Assembly: GCA_963720755.1 (NCBI GenBank)
Contig: CAVRGP010000002.1
Location: 405,858 to 469,857 of the forward strand
Source: an uncultured Chloroflexia bacterium
Lineage (GTDB): Bacteria > Chloroflexota > Limnocylindria > Limnocylindrales > CSP1-4
Length of the DNA: 64,000 bases
Direction: 5' to 3'
Part shown: in pieces, positions 51,515 through 62,440 of the stretch
Numbering within the stretch: the stretch's first letter is position 1
Layout: each line of letters starts with the position of its first letter
The notes under the pieces: generated by a model
Told to the model about the DNA's origin: nothing
What the model saw: only the letters and a program-made list of their open reading frames with translations
Databases searched by the model: none
Translations under genes and position numbers: made by a program

Positions 51515-51970
51515 ATGGCGGGCCTGATCGTCCTGGTGACCGGTGTCACCAGGTTCATCGGATCCGCTCTCGCCGGTCGGCTCGCCGACCACCCCGGTGT
51601 CGCACGCGTCATCGGGGTCGACGCCGCACTCCCCGAACCTGCCGCCCGCGCCCGAATGGGTCGCGCCGATTTCGCCCGGGTCGACATCCGGAACCCGTTG
51701 GTCGCCAGGGTGATCGAAGCGGCTGGGGTCGACACGGTGGTGCACGCCTCCGCGTCCTCGACGCCGGCGTCCTCGGCTGCCCGCAGCATGGCCAAGGAGA
51801 TGAACGTCCTCGGCACGATGCAGCTGCTCGCGGCCTGCCAACGATCCGAGAGCGTCCGGCACCTGATCGTCCGGTCCACGGCGGCCGTCTACGGTGCTTC
51901 CCCCAGGGACCCGGCGATCTTCACCGAGGAAATGTCCGCCCGCTCGGTCCCGTCATCCGGTCCGGGTCGC
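51515..51970 (+). CDS. NAD-dependent epimerase/dehydratase (Rv0501-like), 3'-truncated at a junction
   Basis: VLVTGVTRFIG, ADFARVDIRNP, KEMNVLGTMQLLAACQ, STAAVYG.SPRDPA.FTE; homology stops at ...SSGPGR. Confidence 0.85.
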
Positions 51971-52750
51971 GCCGCACGATTCGACGGCGCGTCCGGCAAG
52001 CGCCGGCGCTGGACCGCGGCGGATCAGCTGCTCGTCGACGAGGCCAACTCGCTGCTCGTCGGCACGCCCTTCACCTACGGGCACGTCGTGGTGGACGAGG
52101 CACAGGACCACTCGGCCGTCGGCCTGCGGGTGATCGGGCGCCGCAGCCCGGCCGGCTCGCTGACCATCCTCGGCGACCTCGCCCAGTCGAGCACGCCCGC
52201 CGGCCAGCGCGACTGGCAGGTCGCCCTCGGCCACCTCGGCGCCGACATCGGCGAGATCGCCCACCTCACCATCGGCTATCGCGTGCCGGCGCCGATCCTC
52301 GACATGGCCAACCGCCTGCTGCCGTTCACCGGCGTCAGCACCATGGCCAGCTCCAGCGTGCGCCGCGAGGGCGAGCCACCGACGTTGCATCTCGTGCCGC
52401 CGGCTGCACTGGCCGCCGCCGTTGCCGGCGAGATCATCGCCGTTCGCCACCGCCACCACAACGCCGGCATCGTCGCTCCGCTCGCGTCGCATGCGCCGCT
52501 CGGTGAGGCGCTTGCCGCCGCCGGGTTGACGATGGTCCACCGTGTGCACGACCTCGGCCACGACGACGTCCCCGTGTTCACCCCGGAAGCTGCGAAGGGC
52601 CTCGAGTTCGATGGTGTCGTGGTGGTCAACCCGCACCAGATCTTCGACGGCTCCGAACGCGGCGCGCGTCTGCTCTACGTCGCCATGACGAGAGCCGTGC
52701 AAGTGCTCGCCTTCGTCACCGACGAGCCCCTGCCGTCGCCCCTCGCCTGA
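51971..52750 (+). CDS. C-terminal part of a HelD/UvrD-like SF1 helicase (5'-truncated)
   Basis: WTAADQLLVDEA, YGHVVVDEAQD, TILGDLAQ, LTIGYR, AKGLEFDGVVV, LYVAMTRA. Confidence 0.85.
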   Translation, partial: AARFDGASGKRRRWTAADQLLVDEANSLLVGTPFTYGHVVVDEAQDHSAVGLRVIGRRSPAGSLTILGDLAQSSTPAGQRDWQVALGHLGADIGEIAHLTIGYRVPAPILDMANRLLPFTGVSTMASSSVRREGEPPTLHLVPPAALAAAVAGEIIAVRHRHHNAGIVAPLASHAPLGEALAAAGLTMVHRVHDLGHDDVPVFTPEAAKGLEFDGVVVVNPHQIFDGSERGARLLYVAMTRAVQVLAFVTDEPLPSPLA

Positions 52751-52763
52751 GCGCAGGCGGGGC

Positions 52764-53440
52764 TCAGTCCGCTGTCGGGCTCGCGGCGTCGTTCCGGGTT
52801 GATGTCGAGCGGGCAGACGTGGCGATCACCGCAGCGTGCGAGTCGACCGGCACGCCGGTTGTCGTCTCGCAGCGCAGCTTGAGGACATCGACGGGGTCCG
52901 GCGTCGGCGTGTCGTCGCCGAGCAGGTTCCGCAGGGTTGCTTCGTACGTGGTGTGGTCGATGACGATCCCGACGTCGGGGGTGAACGGTTTGACGCCGAC
53001 GGTCCCGGCTGCGGCGGCGGTTCGGAACATCGTCAACAACGCGTCGTAGGCACGCTGGGCATGTGTCCGGGAGAGCTGGTTCCTGGAGATGTTGTCGCCG
53101 AACATCGCCTTGGCCTGATCTCCCAGTCAGCGAGGAACTCGCCGTTGGTGAACTGGTCGAGGATCGCTTTCAGTTCGCTGCCGGTGATCGTGTCGCCATC
53201 TGCCTTGAAGCGGAACTCGCTGCCGACGAACGCCGCCGATGCCGATCGTTGTGCGCGGGCGTCATCGTGCGACTTCAGGTTGCCGTCGGGGTCGGCGTAC
53301 GCACGCCAGCGTTGGGTGATGACGAGGAAGTCGTCGAAGCGGCGCGCCTGCGCCTGCGCGAGCAGCAGCTCCTCGGAGTCGGCGACCAAGTGCCCGGCTC
53401 GCGGGTTGCGGACCAGGCGGGCGAGTCGTCGATCTGGCTA
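52764..53440 (-). pseudogene. DUF222 (HNH-associated) protein remnant
   Basis: Fragments LARLVRNPR, EELLL, RWRAYADPDG, RTHAQRAYDAL, IVID..T, RCETTTGVPV; no N-terminus and no HNH domain. Confidence 0.65.
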
Positions 53441-53492
53441 CCACCAATTGCTGGGGAGAGCCGACGACTCCGTGTTGCGCGAGTTCGAGCAG

Positions 53493-54168
53493 CTAGGCCG
53501 TGGCGTGCGGGGCGACGAGCGGGGCGACGGGGCTGAGCTCCATCACCGATGGGAGGCGACGGATGACGGCGGGGGCGCCGACGAACTCGACGCTGCCGAC
53601 TCGCAGGGCGTTGCGCAGTGCGAGCCGGCCGAGCCACACCTGGTACATCGTGCTCAGGTCGCTCTCACGTGGCGTCGACGCCGAAGCCAGGGTCGGACAT
53701 GCACACCGACGGGCCCTGCGCGTCCTTCAGGATCCAGAAGCGTCGGTGAGTCGCTGAAGCGGAACTCGAGCAACCAACGGCGGTCGGGCAGGACGGAGAA
53801 GTCGAGCCGGTGGTGGACCCACCACATCAGCAGCTGCGGGTCGAGCTCGTCGGCACGCGGGATCGCCGAACTGCCACTTCGCTCCCCACTCGCCCAGGCC
53901 GAAGACGATCGGCCCGCAGCTCCTCGCCGGCGGGGGTCAGCACGTATCGATCGTCGATGTGGTCGACGATGCCGGCACGCTCCAACTGACGGAGGCGCTT
54001 GGACAGGAGCGTGCGCGACAAGCCCGGGAGCCCGCGGGCGAGCTCGTTGAAGCGGGTGTAGCCGCACAGCATGTCGCGCACGATCAGCATCGACCAGCGC
54101 TCGCCCAGCACCTCGACCGCCCGGGTGATCGGGCAGTACTGCCCGAAGCCGTTGACGTCTGGTCCCAT
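53493..54168 (-). CDS. HxlR-family winged-helix regulator with SCP2-like C-terminus (several indels)
   Basis: FGQYCPITRAVEVLGERWSMLIVR, RFNELARGLPGLSRTLLSKRLR; later frames ELDPQLLMWW, SVCMSDPGF.VD, YQVWLGR; TAG at 53493. Confidence 0.82.
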
Positions 54169-54273
54169 CCGGATGGGTCGCTCACGCCGAGAGCGTAGGT
54201 CGTCATCGTGTACCGGGTAGGTCCACGTACTGTACTCGTTGCCGAAACAGCAGCTCCTGTACCGTTCAGCCTC

Positions 54274-55475
54274 ATGACAATGACCATCACTCCACGACGC
54301 TCCCACGACGATGTCGGACGAGCAGAACAGCCACCGACCACTGGACCGGAGCGACCCGACCAGCCAGCTGGCTCGACGCCGCTCGCGGCTGCGCCCGACG
54401 CTGGCCGCAGCTGCGGTGGACGAGCGACCGCACCGGCCAGTTCGTCCGGCGGGCTTCGACGTCCTGCGCGAGCAGGGCTTCATGTCGATGCTCGTGCCAG
54501 CCGAGCTCGGTGGCGGCGGTGCCACCTACCGGCAGGCCTGCGCGGTGCTCGCCGAGCTGGCCCACGGCTGCCCGTCGACGTCGCTGGCGTTGTCGATGCA
54601 CACGCACCTCGTCGCCGCGCAGGTGTGGCGTCACCAGCGCGACCTGCCGGCGCCGGTGCTGCAGGGTGGCCGACGAGCAGATCGTGCTCGTCTCCACCGG
54701 CGCCAGTGACTGGCTGGACTCCAACGGTACGTCCACCGAGGTCGACGGCGGCTACCGAGTCACGGCGCGCAAGATGCCCGCCAGCGGTGCGCCCGCCGGC
54801 CACATGTCTGTCACCAGCTTCCGCTGGCAGGACGGTCCCGACGGCCCGCAGGTCGTCCACGCCTCGGTCCCGTGCGTCGGCCGAGGGTGTCAGCATCGAG
54901 CGGACCTGGGACACGATGGGGATGCGCGCCACCGGTTCGGAGACCGTGGTCTTCGACGACGTGTTCGTGCCCGACGCGGCGGTGGCACTGGTCCGACCGT
55001 GCGGGCAGTGGCACCCGGTCTGGGGCACCGTCGCTCGGCTCGGCGTTGCCGCTGATCATGGCGGTCTACGTCGGCGTCGCCGAGTCCGCCGCGGAGCGGG
55101 CGATCGCACTCGCGAGTTCCAAGGCCGAGCGGCCCGAGGTCGCACCGCTCGTCGGCACAGATGCTGAACAAGCTGCACGACGGCGCACGACACGGTGCGG
55201 GCGATGATCGACGCCGACGACGACCTCCGCTTCGACAACACATCGAATCCTCGATCGGCGTTCATCGCCCGCAAGACGATCGCCGCCGAAGCGTGCCATC
55301 GACACGGTCACGCCTCGCGCTCGAGGTCGGTGGCGGGGTTGCGTACTCGCGGTCGAGTGGCATCGAGCGACTGTTCCGCGACGTCCAGGGTGCTCGCTAC
55401 CACCCGCTCCCCACTGCTCAGCAGGAGCGCTTCTCCGGCCGCGTCGCACTCGGCCTGGCGCCGGTCGGCGACTGA
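54274..55475 (+). CDS. Acyl-CoA dehydrogenase family protein (several indels)
   Basis: VPAELGGGG, ELAHGCPSTSLALSMHTH, RKMPASG, WDTMGMRATGSETVVFDDVFVP, IERLFRD across frames. Confidence 0.82.
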
Positions 55476-55479
55476 CGAC

Positions 55480-57652
55480 TCAGCCGGCGGTGGCCAGGCG
55501 GCCGGCCAACTCGATCCTCAGGGCGAGGTGATCAGCGAGCTCCATCAGCGCGACGCCAACCCCGTCATCGAACGCCGTGGGTTCAGCGCTGAGCACGCAC
55601 AACGCGCCGATGGCGTGCCCGTCCGACAGCCGGACGGGCACGCCCGCGTAGGCCCGCACGCCGAGGTCCACGGCCAGCTGCAGGCTCGGGAGGTCGAGCG
55701 CGGCGCGGGGCAGATCCTCGATCACGTGCAATCCCTCGCCGCAGATCGTGAGCGCGCAGATCGACGACCAGCGATCGACGTCCATGGCGTCGATGCCGCG
55801 GTGCGCGGCGACCCACTGATGGTCGGCCTCGACGATGTTGAGCGCGACCATCGGCATCTCCAGACGTCGTCGTGCCGCCTCCAGCAGGTCGTCGATGTGC
55901 CGCGGGTCCAACGCTCCAACGGCGAGCAGCTCGCGCACGCGATCGACACGGCGGCCGTCGTCCTCGGGAAGGGGGAAACCAACCGGCGCGAGCCGACCCC
56001 GTCGGCATCGTCAGGCACAGCCCGTCGAAGCGGCTGCGGCCCACCGTAGAGGTAGCCCTGGGCGAACCGGCATCCGAGGCGACGGAGGAGGTCATGCTGC
56101 TGGGCCAGTTCGACCCCCTTGGCGATGACCTCGACATCGAGCTGACGGGCGAGGTCGAGAATGGCGCGGAGCACGCCGGCCTCACGGGTGTCGGCGTGGA
56201 TGCCGGCGATCAGGGCCGGGTCGAGCTTGACGGCGTCGACGTCGAGGTCGCGAAGCGCCAGCAGGTTTCGATGCCGTCCCGCCGAAGCTGTCGAGCACGA
56301 CGCGGACCCCGAGCGATCGGAGGTGTGCGACGTGGGGCCTCACCTCCGACACGTGATCAGAGCTGAGCGTGCCCGACAGCTCCACCTGCAGCGCCGAAGG
56401 CGGCAGACCGGCAGCATTCAGCTCGTCGGCGACCAGGCCGGCGGAGTTTCGGTCCGCGAGCCACCGACTGGACACGTTCACGGAGACGCGAAGATCGTCG
56501 AACTCGGGATCCTGCCGAATTGCCGCGCAACACCCCGAGCGCGAGTCCAGCACGCCCGCGCCGAGCTCCACGATGGTGCCCGTCTCCTGTGCGACGTCGA
56601 TGAACTGCGCGAAGCGTCGAGGCGATCGAATGCGCTGATGTCCCAGCGGGCAAACGCCTCGAGTTCGACCGTGCGCCCCGTGGCCACGTTGACGACCGGC
56701 TGGAAATGAGCAGAGACGGCACCGCCCGCGACGGCAGCGGCGAGCGTGCTGGCCAGTCGGGCCGGGGTGTGCGTGATCGGCATCGAGGGTGCGTTGTCCC
56801 ACTTGATGACACCGGCGCCCCGGCGCATCGCGACGGTGAGGTTGCGGTCGGCCCGGTCGAGCATCACGAGACCCGAGATGGCATCGCCGTCGATCGCGCC
56901 GATCGCGCAGCCGAGCACCACGCTCCCGAGAGGCGTCTCGATCGGCTTGCTCAGCTGCGTGGCGAGGCGACCGAGGCTGTCGATGGTCACGTCGGCAGTG
57001 CTGGTCAACAGCGCAAACCGGTTCCCGCCGATGCGTTCGACGATCGCTGTGGGCGAGTTGTTGGCAACGATCCGACGAGAGATCTCGGCGAGCGCGAGAT
57101 CACCGGTGCTCCGGCTGTAGCTGAGGTTGACCGACTGCAACCCGATGATGCCGATGACGGCGCAGAACCGAGGCTGCTCGATGGTGCGGGACTGGTTCGG
57201 CGATGGCGGCCCACGAGCGGATCCGCGGCGCGGCGTCGAGGCCACCACCGCCGTGGTCCCCAGCGGGGATGATCACGATCGAGAGCTGGCCGACTGGCGC
57301 CGCGTCGGTGGAGACGTAGGCGGTTGCACGCCGGCTGCCTTCGAGCAGAGGAGGCAGTTGCACCGGGATCTGCTGGACCGCTCCCGCCTGCCCGGACGAC
57401 ATCACGTCGCGGCCGAGCGCATCCGCGACCGTCGTGCGGTGGAGATCGGGCGGCGAGATCTGCAGCAACCGGATCGCGAGGGCGTTGGCGTCGATCAGCC
57501 GTCCGGCCCCGTCGGCGACCATCGCGGCGACCGGAAGGTGGTGGATCGAGCTTGGCGGCGCCGGCACAGGAGAAGCAGGACGTCGGTGGCGTCGCGGAAC
57601 CATTGCCCACTCTTCGTCGTGGGTGTCGACCGACTTGATGGTGCAGATGCAC
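55480..57652 (-). CDS. PAS-GGDEF(degenerate)-EAL(degenerate)-GAF signalling protein (several indels)
   Basis: HLPVAAMVADGAGRLIDAN (PAS); VN.SY....GDLAL, RIGGNRF; HFQPVV, VSVNVS, VIAKGVE, AQGYLY; GAF VRAYAGVPVR..DGHAIGALCV. Confidence 0.75.
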
Positions 57653-57702
57653 CGATTCCACGCGCAACTGTGAGGTTGATCGACGAAATCACGGGCGCGG
57701 CC

Positions 57703-58021
57703 TCACACGCCGGTGATGCTGCCGTTCCAGGACGTGACGAGTCGGATGTCGGCGTCGCCGTTGTCCGCGACGGCCGACGCACATCTGATCGTCGCCTCAT
57801 CGGCGAACATGGTCAGCGGCCCGTCGTCACCATCGCTGCGTACGCCGTCCCTGGTGGACGAGACGATCATCCCTGCGGCGCGGGCCTCACGCCATGCCTT
57901 CGAGAGCGAGTTGGCGTCGCCGGCGGTGTACGCCACTCGCATCGCCTTGCCGTCTGCCGATCTGGTCCGCCCACGTCACGATGTTGCGCGCGAGGGTTCG
58001 GTTGCGCGGCCGTAGCCGCAT
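57703..58021 (-). CDS. Hypothetical protein (probably frameshifted)
   Basis: Plausible coding fragments [20 protein letters not shown] and [21 protein letters not shown]; no family recognised. Confidence 0.3.
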
Positions 58022-58288
58022 GGCGTCACGGCGCATCGCCTGGGCCAGGTTGCTGCAGGCGCTCTTCGCCAGCTTGCTGGTCGAGCGCGGACGCCACCGT
58101 CGAGTGGGCGTGATTGGTGTCGTCGACCGGTACGGTCATCATGGCTGGCTGTACCCAATCGGCCGCGTTGTGGAACCGCCGTGCTCGCGCACTCCAGTCC
58201 GTTCACGGAGAGCCCGGCGGGTGGGCCCGGCAGCGTTCCCGGATCGTGCGTGCGATGGCGCTCGCCGCATGCGCTCAGCGTGTGCGCA

Positions 58289-59151
<863 letters not shown>

Positions 59152-59228
59152 CTGCCCATCGTGCCCGGCCGCACTCGCGATCGCGAACTCTCGCGCCGGG
59201 CCTACGATTCGAATCGGAAGGGGGCACA

Positions 59229-59507
59229 TGATGGATGAGGGTTCGAAGCGTTGTCTCGTGGTGGTCGACGTGCAGCGCGACTTCTGCGACGACCAGCCCG
59301 GCGCGACCTTGGGCGTCCGCTTCGGGGGCGAGGTCGCCGGGCATGATCGGCGATCACCTCCGCTCGAGCATCGAGGACTACGACCTGCTCGTGCTCACCA
59401 GTGACTGGCACATCGACCCCGGCCCGCACTTCTCCGAGCAGCCCGACTACATCGACACCTGGCCGCGCCACTGCGTGGCCGGTACCGACGGCGCGGCGTG
59501 GCATCCA
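59229..59507 (+). CDS. pncA: Nicotinamidase/pyrazinamidase, 5' half only
   Basis: [44 protein letters not shown], then an abrupt change to unrelated sequence. Confidence 0.82.
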
Positions 59508-60465
59508 CATCGAGGGCGTCGACCCGGAGGACGTTGTGGTCACGCTCGGCGCGACCGAGGGCATCATGACGGTGCTGAAGACGATCTCGAACCCGGGAGA
59601 CGAGGTCGTGTTCTTCGAGCCGTTTCATGAGGCGTACGTGCCGCAGTGCCAGCTCCTGGGCCTGACGCCGAAGACCGTGACTATCGATCCACTGACCATG
59701 ACCTACGACAGGCAGGCGCTGGAAGACTGCATCACGGCGCGCACGGTCGCGATCCTGCTGAACACGCCGCACAATCCTACCGGCAAGGTGTTCGAGCGCG
59801 ATGAGCTGGAGCATATCGCGGCGCTGGCCCGCGAACGCGACCTGCTGCTGATCACGGACGAGATCTACGAGCACATCACCTACGGCGAGGCGAAGTCACA
59901 TCAGCATCGCCTCTTTGCCGGGCATGCGTGAGCGGACGTTCACGACCAACGCGCTGTCGAAGACCTACGTGGCCACGGGCTGGCGCGTCGGCTGGGTGAT
60001 CTGCCCGCCGTCCTACACGCACCACGTGCGCGTGATCCACGACGTGTCGGTGATCCAGGCGCCGACGCCGCTACAGATCGCGGGCGTCACGGCGCTGTCG
60101 ATGCCGGCGTCGTACTACGAGGGGCTGCCGCCGTTCTACCAGCAGCGCCGCGATCTACTAGTCGAGGGTCTGCGCGACGCCGGCTTCGTGTGCAGCGCGC
60201 CCGCGGGCTCGTACTACGTCATGGCCGACTTCTCGGCGCTCGACCCGCAGAGTACGCCGCTCGACTTCGCGATGCGTCTGCTGGCCGAAGCAAAGGTCGC
60301 GGCGGTGCCGGGCTCGAACTTCTACCTGACGCCCGGGCGCGGCGAGCACGAGGTGCGGTTCGCGTTCTGCAAACGCCTCGAGACGATGAACGGGCGGTGG
60401 CGAACCTGCGCGCGTTCGGCGCTCAGACCCTCGGCAGAGAAGCGAGCTCTTCGAGCGCGCCCTGA
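59508..60465 (+). CDS. PLP-dependent class I/II aminotransferase, 5'-truncated, with indels
   Basis: VVTLGATEG, NTPHNPTGKVF, ITDEIYEHI, NALSKTYVATGWRVGW, VRFAFCK. Confidence 0.85.
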
Positions 60466-61584
60466 AACTTCGCCACGTCCTCGACGGTTGTTGAAGAGGG
60501 CGGCGCCGGCGCGGATGTGCACGCCGTGCAGCGCGTTCGTGCGCACCGTGAGGTGGACGTTGTGGCGCTTGAAGACCTCTCGCGCCGCATCCGGGTCGCG
60601 CGCGGGCTTGAAGGCGACGATCGGTGAGTGGTTCGCCTCGGGCGTGATCGACTCGAAGCCCGCGTCGAAGACGGCGCGGCGCATCTCCCAGGCCAGCGGC
60701 AACGTGTGCGCCTCGATGCGGTCGAGGCCGACGCGCTCGAGAATCTCGAGGCCGGCGCCCAGCATGTAGAGCGGCGCAAAGGCCAGCGTCGCGTACTCGA
60801 AGCCGCGGCCGCCCTCGTGCAGCGTGTAGTCGAAGCCGGGACGCGTCTCCTTCACCGAGAACGCGCCGAGCCGGTCGGGACGGATGCGGTCGAGGTGCTC
60901 CTCGCGCAGGAAGAACGGCGCGATGCCGAAGCCGCCGAGCAGCCACTTGTACGTGCCGCTCGAGACCATGTCGACGCCTTCATCGCGCAGGTTCAACGGG
61001 AACGCCCCCAGCGCCTGCACCGCGTCGGCATAGAGCAGCGCCCCGTTCGCGTGGGCGAGGTCGGCGAGCGCTTTGACGTCGTGGCGGTAGCCGTTGACGT
61101 TCGAGACCCAGGCGACGGAGACGAGCTTCGTCTTCGCGTCGACGTGGGGCGCAAACTCCTCGACGCCGGCGCGGCCGTTCACCGAGGGCACGACGCGCAG
61201 CTCGATGCCCTTCGTCTGCTCGAGGTTGCGGTAAAGGACGTAGGCGGTGGTGTAGTGGAGGTCGTCGACCACCACGTTGTCGCCGGGCTTGAGGTCGAGC
61301 GCGCTGGTGAGGACGTTCTCCGCCTCCGCCGTCGTGTACATGAAGCCGACCTCGCGCTCGGACGCGCCGAAGAGGCTGGCGAACTTCGCCCTGACCTCGC
61401 TGGTGCGCTGGAAGATCGCCGGCAGCGAGATTGGCCCATCGCCCTGGGTGCGCAGGAAGGCGTTGCCGGCCTCCTCGACCTGCGTCGCCAGCGGTGTCGT
61501 CGCGGGCGTGTCGAGGTAGGTGCTGCTGAGGGCAGCGCGGAAGTCGCCGCGGACGCCCAGGGGATCGAGGTCATTCTGGCTCAT
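60423..61584 (-). CDS. PLP-dependent class V aminotransferase (cysteine desulfurase-like fold)
   Basis: YLDTPATTP, LVSVAWVSNVNG, ADAVQALG, SGTYKWLLG; indel near 60485; GAGG RBS. Confidence 0.85.
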
Positions 61585-61671
61585 TGTTCTATCCTCGTTT
61601 CGAAGCGCAGTCTGCGGTCCCGCTGCGCATCCCTCTCGGTCTGCTCCGCTACCCATTTTGAAAAATTGAGA

Positions 61672-61728
61672 GAGAGTCGGGGGACACCCCCCAACCCCCC
61701 GGGCATGGGCTGCGCCCCTACCTACCCT
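61672..61728. repeat. REP-like element (GGGGACACCCCC...GGGCTGCGCCCC type)
   Basis: Short GC palindromes GGGG-aca-CCCC and GGGC-tgc-GCCC in an intergenic region; single copy in the window. Confidence 0.5.
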
Positions 61729-61757
61729 GCCTGGTCCTCGCCAAAGCCGACCCTTCT

Positions 61758-61783
61758 TGTCATCCTGAGCGGAGCGAAGGATT
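61758..61783 (+). repeat. REP-like element TGTCATCCTGAGCGGAGCGAAGGAT
   Basis: Matches the recalled widespread GTCATCCTGAGC..AGCGAAGGATC short repeat; ATCCT/AGGAT stem. Confidence 0.6.
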
Positions 61784-61928
61784 TAGTGTTGGCTGATGAG
61801 GGCCTATCGCGTGAGGCGTTCGGGATAGCACCAGCGACACCTAACCGGCGTTCTGCCGCAGAATAGGCGGCGATCCCCGGCCCGACAATGACCTGAATGT
61901 CGCGGGTGGTATCCTCGCTGCGACCGGC

Positions 61929-62386
61929 ATGACAACGCTACCCCCGTCCTGGCGTGACTTCGTGACCTGCGTCGACCTCTCAGAGAACTTTGCCGGCTCG
62001 CCAGCTGCCGCAAGCCGCTCGAGGGACGCCGCACTGCCTACTGCTCGGATGCCCACGCGCGCGAGTTTCAGCGTGATCACGTCTGGGCGGATGCCCGCCG
62101 CTACGCTCGCCGCCGCGCGAAGTGGGCCTGCGAGCGCTGCGGCTTCAAGCCGAACGAGATCAAGAAGGACCCGGAGCGGCGCATCATCTATACCCGCCAT
62201 GAGCTGCGGCTGGAGGTGAACCACATCCAGCCCCTCGGCGGGCGCTACCGCGGCGTCACCTGCCTCAACCACCAGACGAACCTCGAGGTGCTGTGCCACC
62301 GCTGCCACGTCCGCGCGACCGGGGCGCTGCGTCTGCCGAAGGTCGCGAAGCCGCGAACCGTCACCTGCCGATCGCGCATCGGCTCG
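61929..62386 (+). CDS. Zn-finger/HNH endonuclease (indel near 61990; no stop before the next gene)
   Basis: Hand translation upstream of and in frame with 62216: CRLASCRKPLEGRRTAYCSDAH, WACERCG, LEVNHIQPLGG, NHQTNLEVLCHRCH. Confidence 0.78.
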
Positions 62387-62428
62387 CCCTCACCCGCCCT
62401 CCGGGCACCCTCTCCCAGAGGGCGAGGG
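62387..62428 (+). repeat. REP-like palindrome CCCTCACCC...CCCTCTCCC-AGA-GGGCGAGGG
   Basis: Hairpin CCCTCTCCC/GGGCGAGGG; translates in frame as PSPALRAPSPRGRG. Confidence 0.7.
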
Positions 62429-62440
62429 AAAAGTATTGCT

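Noticed and set aside
51164-52750. Novel epimerase-helicase fusion protein
   Set aside because: Both halves are incomplete and the join coincides with loss of synteny and a jump in error rate; treated as a chimeric junction.
59401-59931. Nicotinamidase-aminotransferase fusion or operon
   Set aside because: Both genes are truncated at ~59,507; interpreted as a chimeric join.
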